Positions 26,994 through 36,627 of a DNA stretch of 64,000 nucleotides are shown here, in pieces. The stretch's first letter is position 1; each line of letters starts with the position of its first letter. This DNA comes from Vicinamibacterales bacterium (GTDB lineage Bacteria; Acidobacteriota; Vicinamibacteria; Vicinamibacterales; UBA8438): contig CBDEVO010000003.1 in NCBI GenBank assembly GCA_965243615.1, forward strand, positions 2,690,701 to 2,754,700. The letters run 5' to 3'. A program made the translations under genes and the position numbers. Under the pieces are notes generated by a model. That model did no database searches. It was not told the origin of the DNA and saw only the letters and a list, made by a program, of their open reading frames with translations.

Positions 26994-29900
26994 TCAGCCG
27001 ACCGGCGCCGGCCGTGCCGTTGCAGCCGGCCCGCTCATGGCCGTTCGGGGCATCGTGACGCCGAAGTACACGGTGGCCAGGGCCGGCACGACCAGCATCA
27101 GGATCGCCGTCGCGAACAGCAGCCCGAAGCCGAGCGAGACGCCGAGCGGGCTGAGGAACTGCGCCTGAATGCTCCGCTCGAAGATCAACGGTGCGAAGCC
27201 CAGGAACGTCGTCAACGACGTCAGCATGATGGGGCGGAAGCGCCGCTTCGCGCCGTCGATGACCGCGGTCCTCACGGGCGCCCCGAGCCTGAGCCGCTCG
27301 CAGATGAAGTCGATCATCACGAGAGAGTCGTTGACGACGACGCCGGTGAGTCCGATGACGCCCCACATGGACGTGGCGCTCAGACCGATGCCCATGATGA
27401 GGTGGCCGAGGACGGCCCCCACGATGCCGAACGGTATGGCCGCCATCACGAGCAGCGGCATGGTGTATGAACCGAACGGAATGGCGAGCAGCGCATAGAT
27501 CGCCAGCAGGGCGAGAAGCAGACCGCGGGTCAGCCCCTCGAACGACTCGGCCTGCTGCTGTTGCTGGCCGCCCACCGCATACGTCAGACCCGGATAGGCG
27601 CTCTCGAGCTCGGGCAGCGCCGTGGCCGTCAGCACCGCGGTCGCTTCGCCGCCGGTGATGACGCCGTCGTCGACGTCCGCCGTGACGGTGACGATGCGGC
27701 GGCCGGCCTTGCGCCGGATCGACGACGGCGATTCCCCCAGGCTCACGGTGGCGACCCGGCTCAGGGGCACGTCGGCGCCGCCGGGCGTGCGGATGAGGTA
27801 GTCCTCGACGTCGGCTATCGTGTCGCGGTCCTCGGGCGGCAGCCGCACGTAGACGCGGACATCCTCCCGCCCGCGTTGCACGCGCAGGGCCTCTTCGCCG
27901 AAGAACGCCGCGCGCACCTGGCGGGCCAGCGCGTCGAGCGTCAGTCCGAGGGTCCGCGCCGCGGGCCGCAGCTCGATCTGCAGCTCCTGCACGCCCGACG
28001 CGTGGTCGGAGCGCACGTCGAAGACCCCCTCGATCCCGCGCAGGCTGTCGACGACCGACTCGGCGATCGGACCGAGGCGGTCCGGCTCCGGGTGCGCCAG
28101 CTCGACCTGCACCGGGACGCCGAGGTCGAGCAGGTCGGCGCCGAAGGTCAGGCTGCGCGCGTCGGGAGCTGGGCCCGCCTGCCGCCGCCAGGCCTGCGCG
28201 AACGTCTCCGCGGCGATGTCCCGGACCTCGGCGGCAGGCAGCCTGAACTCCACGGCGGCGACGTTGGCCCGGGGATTCAGGTCGGGCGTCTGCTCGATGG
28301 AGCCTCCCAGGGTTCGCGCCCTCGCGCCGACCGTCAGGTTCACACCGGTCAGCAGATCGGGCGCGCCGTCGGGGCGACCGCGCGACAGGTCGTCGATGGC
28401 CCGTCGCCCGGCCGCTTCCAGCTCGCGCGCCAGCTCGGCCGTTCGGTGCGCGGGAGTGCCTTCCGGCATCACCAGGCTGGCCGTGACGATGTCCGATTCG
28501 ACGTCCTCGATGAAGATGACGGGGACCGTTCCCGATCCGACCAAGCCGATGCACAGGATGACGGCGGCCACGCCGCCCGCGACCACGACGGCCGGCTCGC
28601 CGGTGGCCAGCCGCAACCCCCGGTCGAGCGGCCCTTCGATGAACCACCGCAACCCGCCGTCCACGCGGCCCTGGATCCGCGAGAAGAAGCGCTCGACCGG
28701 GTTGGCCGGCGGCAGCGCCGGGTCCGGCAAGTGGGACAGGTGGTGCGGCAGCACCAAGAGGGATTCGACCAGCGAGACCAGCAGCACCCCGATCAGGATG
28801 ATCGAGAGCGGGCGCATCATGGCGCCGATGGGGCCGGGGACGAGCAGGAGCGGCGCGAAGGCGCCGACGGTGGTGAGGACCGCGAAGACCACCGGGCGCC
28901 CGACCCGTTGAGCGCCCCGAATCGCCGCCGCGAGGGGTGGCGTCCCCCTTCGCCGCTCGGCATGCACGTTCTCGGCGACGACGATGGCGTCGTCGACCAC
29001 GATGCCGACCGCGAGAATGAAGGCGAAGAGGGAGATGGTGTTGATGGAGACGTCGAACGCCAGCGCCACCGCGAGGGCGCCGACGAAGGAGATGCCGATG
29101 CCCGCCGCGACCCACGCCGCCAGGCGGATCTGGAGAAACATGGCCAGCGCCGCGAGGACGAGCAGCAGGCCCAGCGCGCCGTTCTCCCGCAGCAGGTCCA
29201 GGCGGCTCTCGTACACTTCCGCGTCGTTGTTCCAGATCTCGACGGCCACGCCGGCGGGCAGCGACGGGACGACCTGCCGCGCCAGATGGTCTTCGACGGC
29301 GGCCACGACCTCCATGACCTGCTCGCCGGAGGACCGGTACACCTCGACGAACGCCGCCGGCCGTCCGTTGTAGCGGACGATCAGGTCGGTGTCGGCGAAG
29401 CCGTCGCGCACCGTCGCCACGTCGCCGAGGCGGACGGCGGTCCCGTCGGCCCTGCTCAGGACGACGATCTCCTCGAAGTCGTGCTGGTGGTAGCGCCGGC
29501 CGGTGGTGCGGACGCGCACCTGCGCGTCGCGCGTCTCCAGGCGGCCGGCCGACAGGTCGAGCGAGCCCGCGCGGACCGCGTCGGAGATGTCGGCATGCGT
29601 CAGCCCCAGCGCGCGCAGCCGGTGCAGCGGTACCTCGACGGAGACTTCATAGGCGCGCACCCCGCTCGTCTCCACCTGGGAGACCCCCGGAAGCGCGGCG
29701 AGGCCGTCCTCGATGCGGTACGCCAGCTCCTTGAGCGCGCGTTCCCCGACGTCGCCGTACACCACCAGGCGAAGGACGCTCTGGCGGTTGGTCATCTCGC
29801 GAATCCGCGGGCGTTCGGCCCGGGCCGGCAGCGTCCGAATCCGGCCGACGGCGGCCTCGACCTCGTCGAGGGCGCGGCCCGCACCGGCGCCGGCCGCGAG

Positions 29901-30215
29901 CTCGACGACCACGGAGGCCAGCCCCTCGGCGGCGACGGACGTCACCTCGCCGACGCCCTCCAGCGTCCCGACCTGCTCCTCGATCCGGACGACTATCGAC
30001 TCCTCCACCTCGTTCGGGGTCGCTCCGGGGTACGGCACGGCAATCTCGATGGCGTCGAGAGACACCGTGGGAAACGGCTCCTGCACCAGGCCGGGCAGCG
30101 ACAGCAGCCCCGCCGCCACGATGAAGAACATCAGGAGGTTGGCGGCCACCCCGTTCCGGGCCATCCAGGCGACGGGCCCGCGCGATTCCTGCGCGAAGCG
30201 GTCGTCCGGGCTCAA
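26994..30215 (-). CDS. RND efflux transporter permease (AcrB/HAE-type)
   Basis: 1073 aa. N-terminus: WMARNGVAANLLMFFIVAAGLLSLPGLVQEPFP..IEIAVPYPGATPNEVEESI. 12-TM/two-loop architecture evident. Confidence 0.95.
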   Translation of the reverse strand: MSPDDRFAQESRGPVAWMARNGVAANLLMFFIVAAGLLSLPGLVQEPFPTVSLDAIEIAVPYPGATPNEVEESIVVRIEEQVGTLEGVGEVTSVAAEGLASVVVELAAGAGAGRALDEVEAAVGRIRTLPARAERPRIREMTNRQSVLRLVVYGDVGERALKELAYRIEDGLAALPGVSQVETSGVRAYEVSVEVPLHRLRALGLTHADISDAVRAGSLDLSAGRLETRDAQVRVRTTGRRYHQHDFEEIVVLSRADGTAVRLGDVATVRDGFADTDLIVRYNGRPAAFVEVYRSSGEQVMEVVAAVEDHLARQVVPSLPAGVAVEIWNNDAEVYESRLDLLRENGALGLLLVLAALAMFLQIRLAAWVAAGIGISFVGALAVALAFDVSINTISLFAFILAVGIVVDDAIVVAENVHAERRRGTPPLAAAIRGAQRVGRPVVFAVLTTVGAFAPLLLVPGPIGAMMRPLSIILIGVLLVSLVESLLVLPHHLSHLPDPALPPANPVERFFSRIQGRVDGGLRWFIEGPLDRGLRLATGEPAVVVAGGVAAVILCIGLVGSGTVPVIFIEDVESDIVTASLVMPEGTPAHRTAELARELEAAGRRAIDDLSRGRPDGAPDLLTGVNLTVGARARTLGGSIEQTPDLNPRANVAAVEFRLPAAEVRDIAAETFAQAWRRQAGPAPDARSLTFGADLLDLGVPVQVELAHPEPDRLGPIAESVVDSLRGIEGVFDVRSDHASGVQELQIELRPAARTLGLTLDALARQVRAAFFGEEALRVQRGREDVRVYVRLPPEDRDTIADVEDYLIRTPGGADVPLSRVATVSLGESPSSIRRKAGRRIVTVTADVDDGVITGGEATAVLTATALPELESAYPGLTYAVGGQQQQQAESFEGLTRGLLLALLAIYALLAIPFGSYTMPLLVMAAIPFGIVGAVLGHLIMGIGLSATSMWGVIGLTGVVVNDSLVMIDFICERLRLGAPVRTAVIDGAKRRFRPIMLTSLTTFLGFAPLIFERSIQAQFLSPLGVSLGFGLLFATAILMLVVPALATVYFGVTMPRTAMSGPAATARPAPVG

Positions 30216-31453
30216 CGGTCCGCTCCCGGTCCGGTGCGCACCGCCATGCCCTCGGTGGCCACCTGAAGCCCGCCCACGACGACGGCGTCGCCTTCCCGGA
30301 GGGGGCCGGTCACGAACAGGGCGTCGTCCGCGCGCTGCAGCACGCGCACGGGGACAATCGCCACCCGGCCTCCGCGCACCACCCAGACCTCGTCACCGGG
30401 CCTGAGGGCCGGGCGCCGAACCCGGAAGTAAGTGTCCGGGGCAATCCCCTGAATCTCGACCTCAACGAACATGCCCAGCAGCAGCGGCGGGCCTCCGGAC
30501 GGCACCGGCCCGCCGCCGCCGCTACCAGTCCCGCTGTCGCGCGCGTCCGCCGGGACACCGGCGGTGAACGGCCGCGGCACGCGGACGATCACGTCCAGCG
30601 TCCGCGTCTGTTCGTCGAGGGCCGTCTCCACGCGGTCCGCGTACCCCGGCCAGGCGTAGCGGCCGACACCGTGCTCGGCGACCACGCGAACCGGGATCCG
30701 CCGGTCTGCCTCACCGGCCCGCAGGCTCCACAGGTCTGGCACGAGGGCGGCGTCCGCGTCGGACAGCGGAACCACGACCTCGACCGCGTCGGAGGCGTAC
30801 AGCCGTCCGACGCTCTCGCCGGCGGCCACGACCTGACCGGCGTCGAGGGACTCGATCCGCACCACGCCGTCGAACGGCGCGCGGACCTCGGTCCGGGACA
30901 GCGCCAGCTCGGCGTCCGCCAACTCGGCGTCGTGCCGGCGCAGAACCGCCTGCGCCGCCTCCAGCTGCGGCTGCCAGAGAGCCAGCGGGCCTGCATCCGC
31001 CGCCGGGGCGCCGTCCGCGCGGCGGCGCCGGAAGGCCTCGTACTGCGCACGCGCGATGCGCGCCTCTTCCTGGATGCGAAGAATCTCCACCTGCTGAACC
31101 GCGATGTCGGACCGCACCTGTTCGACACGGTTGCGGTAGCCGGCATCGTCGATGCGGAAGATGGCCTGTCCCTTGCCGATCCGCCCGCCGCTCTGAAAGG
31201 CCGGCTCCACCCAGGTGACCCGGCCCCCGACCTCGGCCGCGATATCGATCTCGGCGTGGGCCCGGACCGTGCCGGCGGCCAGAACGGGAATGGCGCCGTC
31301 GCCGGCAACCACCGGCTCGGTGACCGCGAACGGCGCCCGCGGGGGCGGCTCCCGGCGCTCGGGCGCCGGGCGCGTGGAGATCAGGTAGCCGGCCGCGGCC
31401 AGCGATCCGGCCAGCAGGGTCACGACCATGACGAATCGCGGCAGTCGGCCCAT
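30212..31453 (-). CDS. RND efflux periplasmic adaptor (MFP/HlyD family)
   Basis: N-terminal TM, alpha-hairpin (IAVQQVEILRIQEEARIARAQYEAF..), beta-barrel C-terminus. 4-nt overlap with the RND gene. Confidence 0.9.
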   Translation of the reverse strand: MGRLPRFVMVVTLLAGSLAAAGYLISTRPAPERREPPPRAPFAVTEPVVAGDGAIPVLAAGTVRAHAEIDIAAEVGGRVTWVEPAFQSGGRIGKGQAIFRIDDAGYRNRVEQVRSDIAVQQVEILRIQEEARIARAQYEAFRRRRADGAPAADAGPLALWQPQLEAAQAVLRRHDAELADAELALSRTEVRAPFDGVVRIESLDAGQVVAAGESVGRLYASDAVEVVVPLSDADAALVPDLWSLRAGEADRRIPVRVVAEHGVGRYAWPGYADRVETALDEQTRTLDVIVRVPRPFTAGVPADARDSGTGSGGGGPVPSGGPPLLLGMFVEVEIQGIAPDTYFRVRRPALRPGDEVWVVRGGRVAIVPVRVLQRADDALFVTGPLREGDAVVVGGLQVATEGMAVRTGPGADR

Positions 31454-32992
31454 CTATCCGCTTCGCCCCTCGGTCGGGGTGGAGGCCGGCACGATGCGCG
31501 GCCCCGCCCTCAAGTCCGACGCGACCCAGCCCCCGCCCAGGGCGCGGTGGACCGCAAGCCTGGCCAGCGCCACGTCCCGCTCGCCGCCGGCGAGCGCCGA
31601 CTCCGCGTCGAGGAGAGTGCGCAGTGCGTCCAGGAAATCCGCGTAGCCTCCAACGCCCGATCCGTACCGCTCCGCCCGGAGATCGACTTCGGCCTGCGCC
31701 TCCTCCCGCCGGGATTCGAGCAGGGCGCGGCGCCGGTCCTCGTATCGCATCCCCGCCAGCGCGGTTTCGACCTCGTTGACCGCCGTCACCACGGTGCGTC
31801 CGTAGGCGGCGGCCGCCTCGTTGAAGCGGGCCTCCGCAAGCGTGACGTTGCTCCGAAGCCGGCCGCCGTCGAAGACCGGCAACAGCAGATTCGCGGCCAG
31901 GTTGCTGAACCACTGATGGACGTTGAAGAGTCCGGCGACCTGCGAGTTCTGCAGCCCGAGGGTCCCGGCGAGGGTGAGCGAGGGGCGAAGCTCGGCGCGG
32001 CGGACCTCAATGTCGTAGCCGGCCGCTTCCAGTCGGTGTCCGGCGGCCCTCACGTCCGGGCGCTGGTGCAGGAGATCGGCCGGAATCCCCGCCGGAACGG
32101 CGGTCGCAACCGGCGACGGGGACGGGGAGTCCCCGAGTAGCTCCTCCAGGTCGCGCCGGTAGCCGCCCAGCATCACCACCAGGCGTCCCTCGGCGCCGGA
32201 CAACCGATGCTCCAGTTGCGGAAGCCGCGCCTGCGTGTCGAGCAGATCCTGGCGGACCCTGTAGGTGTCCAGGGAATCCGACAGCCCGCGACGGTAGCGC
32301 GTCTCCGCCACCGCCTCCCGCTCCTGGAGCACATCGACCGTCTCGCGGAGGAGCACGACTTGTCGGCGGTAGCCGACGATCTCGAAGTACGAGGCGATGG
32401 TCTCGGCGACGATGCCGATGCGGGCCGCCCGAAAATCCGATTCCGAGGCCAGATACGCGGCTCCGTCGGCGAGCCGGCTGCTGTCGGCGCGCCCCCAGAA
32501 ATCCAGCTCGTAGGCGAAGTCGGCGCCCAGCGAAAAGGTGGTGAGCCCCAGTCGATCGGGCAACGTGAAATCGTCCGTCGCGACGCCGAGCCCTTCGCCG
32601 AGTCCCAGCTCCTGGAGTTGCGCCCCGATGCCGGCGTTGGTCGGCGAGCTGAAGTCGTCGACGGACGCGCGAGCCCGTATCGTGGGGAGAAACGCGGCGC
32701 GCGCGATGCGGGCCGCTTCCCGCGCCTGCTGCACGCGCGCAACCGCCACCGCCATGTCGTGGTTGGAGGTGAGCACCGACTCGACGATCGTGTCGAGCAT
32801 CGGGTCGGCGAAGGCCCGCCACCATTCGACCGAATCGTACGCTCCCGTCTCCTCGCTGTTGCTGAACTCGGCGGGCAGTTCGTCGGCAATGGCCGTCGGC
32901 GACGACACGATCGGCTCGGGAAGCCGGGTCCCGGGCGCGAGCGAACACGCAGAGAGGACGCAACCCGCAAACAGCAGCGGGGCAGTCGACAT
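31454..32992 (-). CDS. Efflux outer-membrane factor lipoprotein (NodT/TolC family)
   Basis: Start at ATG 32992 gives MSTAPLLFAGCVLSAC (lipobox). Duplicated OEP repeats. Abuts the MFP start. Confidence 0.9.
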   Translation of the reverse strand: MSTAPLLFAGCVLSACSLAPGTRLPEPIVSSPTAIADELPAEFSNSEETGAYDSVEWWRAFADPMLDTIVESVLTSNHDMAVAVARVQQAREAARIARAAFLPTIRARASVDDFSSPTNAGIGAQLQELGLGEGLGVATDDFTLPDRLGLTTFSLGADFAYELDFWGRADSSRLADGAAYLASESDFRAARIGIVAETIASYFEIVGYRRQVVLLRETVDVLQEREAVAETRYRRGLSDSLDTYRVRQDLLDTQARLPQLEHRLSGAEGRLVVMLGGYRRDLEELLGDSPSPSPVATAVPAGIPADLLHQRPDVRAAGHRLEAAGYDIEVRRAELRPSLTLAGTLGLQNSQVAGLFNVHQWFSNLAANLLLPVFDGGRLRSNVTLAEARFNEAAAAYGRTVVTAVNEVETALAGMRYEDRRRALLESRREEAQAEVDLRAERYGSGVGGYADFLDALRTLLDAESALAGGERDVALARLAVHRALGGGWVASDLRAGPRIVPASTPTEGRSG

Positions 32993-33099
32993 CACGGCCA
33001 ATGGACTCGACGACCCCGGCGCGCCAGCAGCCGCATTCGCGTTTGCACCCCGTTGGCGAAGCACCGCCAATGAATACCACAATCCAGACGGTCGGCAAA

Positions 33100-33530
33100 T
33101 GGATCAAGGCAACAGTGGGCTTCGATCTGACGGAGTCGGCCCTCCGGACACGGGTCGAGCACGCGCAGGCCGACCGGACGAAGGGCCGGGACGGGCCTGA
33201 CTGTCGCCCCGGCCGACTCGGCTGCGCCGTGCGGTGGGAGGTGCCCGACAGGAAGGTCTGCGCCCTGCTGACGCAACGCATGGCCGGAGCGCTGTCAGCA
33301 CCGATGCGCGAAGGTCTTGATGCGCTGGTCGCCGTCGACGACGACCAGCCGCACTCGCCCCTGAACCGGGTCAAGGCGAACTCGTCGGTCCGCGGCATGA
33401 AGCGGCTGCTGGTGAGGCTGGAGCTGAGCGAGGCGACCTATGTCCTGGGAGTCGACGTGGGCTGGGGCAAACAGCAACTACCAGCGGATCCGTCGTCCTC
33501 TCGGGCAACGCCCGCCGGATGCTGACCCAG
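33100..33530 (+). pseudogene. Tn3-family transposase, N-terminal (DUF4158-like) fragment, frameshifted
   Basis: ..GRLGCAVRWEVPDRKV.. and LNRVKANSSVRGMKRLLVRLELSEATYVLGVDVGW. The expected NYQR continuation appears in another frame (ANSNYQRIRRPLG). Confidence 0.6.
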
Positions 33531-33708
33531 GGCGGGCCGGACAGGGCCCGCGAGCGACGCGGGCCGCACTGTATCCGATCCGTCCGCCGCGGCCCGCGTG
33601 CGGGTCTGTCGGCCCGCCGCTTCGGGGCGTGCCGCTCCGTCCGCCCCTGCTTCAACGCCGTGCCAGGTCGAGAGGTTGGCTTGCACGCACAGTCGTCCCA
33701 TCCGCCCC

Positions 33709-33950
33709 CGGAGCGGGGTTGAAGGGCGACCCCGCTCCGAACGCCGGCAGCCGCCGGCGGGGCGGACGCCGCCCCCGGCCGGACCTGGAACCGCGGTCCG
33801 GCCTCAATCCTGCGGCCGTGAAGGGCGACGGCCGCGGGATGGGCGGCGAACCCCTGCCCTTGCGACGGCGCACCCGGCCGGCCTGAAGACCGGGCCGGCC
33901 AGACGGGTGCGCCTCTCGCAGATTCCGGCGTCAAGGACGGCGCCGCGGAG
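33709..33950. repeat. Cluster of GC-rich hairpins with related T[G/C]AAG-type loops
   Basis: 33709-33739: 10-bp stem, loop TTGAAGGGCGA. 33809-33838: 10-bp stem, loop TGAAGGGCGA. 33876-33900: 8-bp stem, loop TGAAGACCG. A weaker one lies at 33926-33945 (loop TCAAGGACGG). Confidence 0.5.
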
Positions 33951-34272
33951 CGTCGCCGCCGCTGAACGCCCGGGGCAACGAATCTCCGCTTTCCACCTTG
34001 ACGGCGCCGGCAAAAAACGCGGCTTCGCCGCAGGCCGGCACTTCCCCGCCACCACCACCGCCGTGCCCGACGAGAGAACCGCTCTCTCAGGCCGGCCGGC
34101 CTGAACGCCGGCGCCGAAAACCATCGGCTGGTCGATTAGCCGCCCCGGGCAGCGGTCCCCTGCGGGGCTCCCTGACTCCGGAATCGCGGGCAGGGGTCCT
34201 CCGGCGCGACGTGTGCGCCCGAGCGCGGGTCGGCATGAGGCCGGACGCGACTCGCCGCAGGAGGAGTGAACG

Positions 34273-35001
34273 ATGACCAGCACCCGCGTCCGCAACATGG
34301 GGAGGGACCGGTTCCGCGACGGCGACGGGTCCGCCGGACGGCCGAGCCGAGGGGCGAATCCGCTCCGGGACGACCGGCCGATACGAGTCGACTCCGAGAT
34401 CGTCGTGCGCTCGATCGACAGCGGCGGCTCGACCATCCGCGCTCTGCGGGTGACGACGAGCTTGCGCCTGCAGGGCTCGGCGCTGGCCGCGGCGCTGGCG
34501 AGCCCGGCCGTGAGCTCGGCCCTCGCCGACGTGTCGTATCGCACCGGCGCCGGCCACACGACGGGGGTGTCCGTCGTCTACCAGCAGGTCGAGCCCCTGA
34601 CGACGGTCGTCCGCGAGTCGGCCGTGAGCGCCGGGCAGGAGTTCGAGGTCGCGTGGCGAGGCGCCGACGGCCTTCTCGACCAGATGCCGGACCCCGAGCC
34701 CATCGACGGCAGTCCGACGCGCGCCGTCGTCGACTGGCACGAGGTGGGGAAGCACGCATCCGACTTCTACGACGACGAGCGCTCGATGCCGGCCCTCGCC
34801 GACCGGGAGGTGCTGCGCCGGCGCGGCCGCGTGACGGTCAGGCGCGGGTTCCTGCGCCCGCCGATGTCGGCCGAGGCCGTCGCGCGCATGGTCGAGCTTC
34901 GCGCCCAGGGCCTCGGCTTCAAGCGCATCGCGCGGGCGGTCGGCTGCGCGCCCATCACGGTGTCCCGTTACCTGCGCAGCTTCGAGGAGGAGGGTCGATG
35001 A
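34273..35001 (+). CDS. Hypothetical protein with C-terminal resolvase/Hin-type HTH
   Basis: AGGAGG Shine-Dalgarno. High GC3. C-terminus: MSAEAVARMVELRAQGLGFKRIARAVGCAPITVSRYLRSF. Confidence 0.65.
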   Translation: MTSTRVRNMGRDRFRDGDGSAGRPSRGANPLRDDRPIRVDSEIVVRSIDSGGSTIRALRVTTSLRLQGSALAAALASPAVSSALADVSYRTGAGHTTGVSVVYQQVEPLTTVVRESAVSAGQEFEVAWRGADGLLDQMPDPEPIDGSPTRAVVDWHEVGKHASDFYDDERSMPALADREVLRRRGRVTVRRGFLRPPMSAEAVARMVELRAQGLGFKRIARAVGCAPITVSRYLRSFEEEGR

Positions 35002-35484
35002 CGGTTTCCGCGACGTGGCGCTTCACGTCCGGCGATCGGGTCGGCCGAGCCGTGTAGGATCCCCCCGTACAGTGACACGCCCCGGCACCCATGCCGGGGC
35101 GTGGATTCCCAGGTCGGCCCGTCCGAACGCTTGTGCAGGCAGGACGACGAGCTGACCTTCCAAGCGGGCGCGATAATGCCCGAACGGTCGAAACTTACCC
35201 GCTCGTCGAATCCGCGTCAACGGATACCGATCAGCGCCCGGGACGGCGCGGCCCGAGGCCGCGCGTGTTCATGAAGCTCTACAGGAGCGTTTCGTGCTGG
35301 GGCGGTTAGTGACGGTCTCTTGCTTTGCCTTCCGGAGCTGATACGCCAACTGACGGCGCGTCTCGATCGACACCCCGACGAGCGAACATACGCACCTCGT
35401 CGAGCAGTGTGCTCAGTTCCGCAATTTCGGCCCACCCCAAGAGAGTTTGACATCCTGCGGGCAGGCCAGTAATCTCCATGACCA

Positions 35485-35772
35485 ATGAGTGACATCGCAC
35501 AGGCAATTGCTGACCGCCAAAGTGAAATAGACCGCCTCCAGGCCGAGATCAAGGCGTTGACCGACGTCGAGCAGATGCTTGGAGCGTCCGCACCGACGGC
35601 ACGCTCTTCGCCGCGGCGCTCCTCGCGGAAGAAGTCCGCCGTCGCCGAGAGCGAACCCGAGGCCAAGCCAAAACGGAAGCGCCGGTCCATGACGGCCAAG
35701 GAGAAGAAGGCGGTATCGGAGCGCATGACCGCCTACTGGGCGGAGCGGAGGAAGAAGGCCACCAAGAAGTAG
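35485..35772 (+). CDS. Small coiled-coil protein with basic C-terminal tail (possible nucleoid-associated/DNA-binding)
   Basis: MSDIAQAIADRQSEIDRLQAEIKALTDVE.., then KPKRKRRSMTAKEKKAVSERMTAYWAERRKKATKK. Locally lower GC. Confidence 0.55.
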   Translation: MSDIAQAIADRQSEIDRLQAEIKALTDVEQMLGASAPTARSSPRRSSRKKSAVAESEPEAKPKRKRRSMTAKEKKAVSERMTAYWAERRKKATKK

Positions 35773-36627
35773 TGAGCTTGCGCCGAGGGTGGCGGGGCAG
35801 CCCGGTCGCCGGACGCGCGGCAACTGCCCCGACGATTTCGCGGGCTTTGCCGCCTGCCCCTGGGAATCTGACGCCGATCGACCGATACATCCGGCATGCG
35901 AAAACCGACCCGACAGGCCAGGCTGATGGACGCGCTGCTCGCGGTTGAAGAAGCCCGCCCGACTGCGCTTCCTCCCCCCAAGCTCGGCATTGTGCCCGGC
36001 GGCACCGTGGACGCCGTGCGGCGCCTGCTCGCAGAGCCTACCCCGGAGTTGAACCGCTTCACGCGGTCGGGTCCGGGTCCGTCCGCATCGGCTGCCCGGC
36101 CCACCCGAGCCATCCAGGATCGACCCGCTCTACGCCGTCCGGGTAGGTGACAACGGCCAAGCCCCCACGTATCGCCGTCGCCGTCCCGGTGCGGCCGGAC
36201 AAGTCCCGCACCCTCACACGCCGCCATCGCCAGCCTCGCGAATCAACCGCCGCAGAACTTCACCGTCCACCACCCCCCCTCTCCCTTGTGGTCGACTCCC
36301 TCGGCCGCGGCCGCCTCGGGGCGCACCCGCGGCTCCGGGGTCACCGCCGGTTGTAGCGCGGACCGTGCGCACCGGCGTAGCCGCTTCTCGTGCACCCCTC
36401 GAGAACCGGTCGGCTTGGCACTGCGGCATCGCGGCCGATACCTGCGGGGCCGCGGGACCCAAGGATGCGCGAGCCCTGGTGAACCTGACGCCCATCGCGG
36501 GTCTCGAACGGCACCTGCATCGCTGCCAGGGCGACGCGCGCCTCGCGTTGCGTACGGTGCGCGAGGCGGTGCTCGAACGCAACCGCGAAGGACGGACGGC
36601 ATGACCTCGGCGACGACGGGGCGGATC

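Noticed and set aside
25534-29115. 1193-aa ORF fusing the P450 with sequence antisense-frame to the RND pump
   Set aside because: Only the last 458 codons (from MQGSDNG at 26907) are P450-like. The rest is Arg/Gly/Pro-rich and overlaps the well-supported RND gene in another frame.
33640-34130. Possible CRISPR array or integron attC sites (CTTCAAC ... GTTGAAG pair, regularly spaced hairpins)
   Set aside because: There is no constant repeat/spacer periodicity and the stems differ. The 7-mers only approximate RYYYAAC/GTTRRRY. No IntI-type integrase or cas genes are in the window. Kept only as an unexplained hairpin family.
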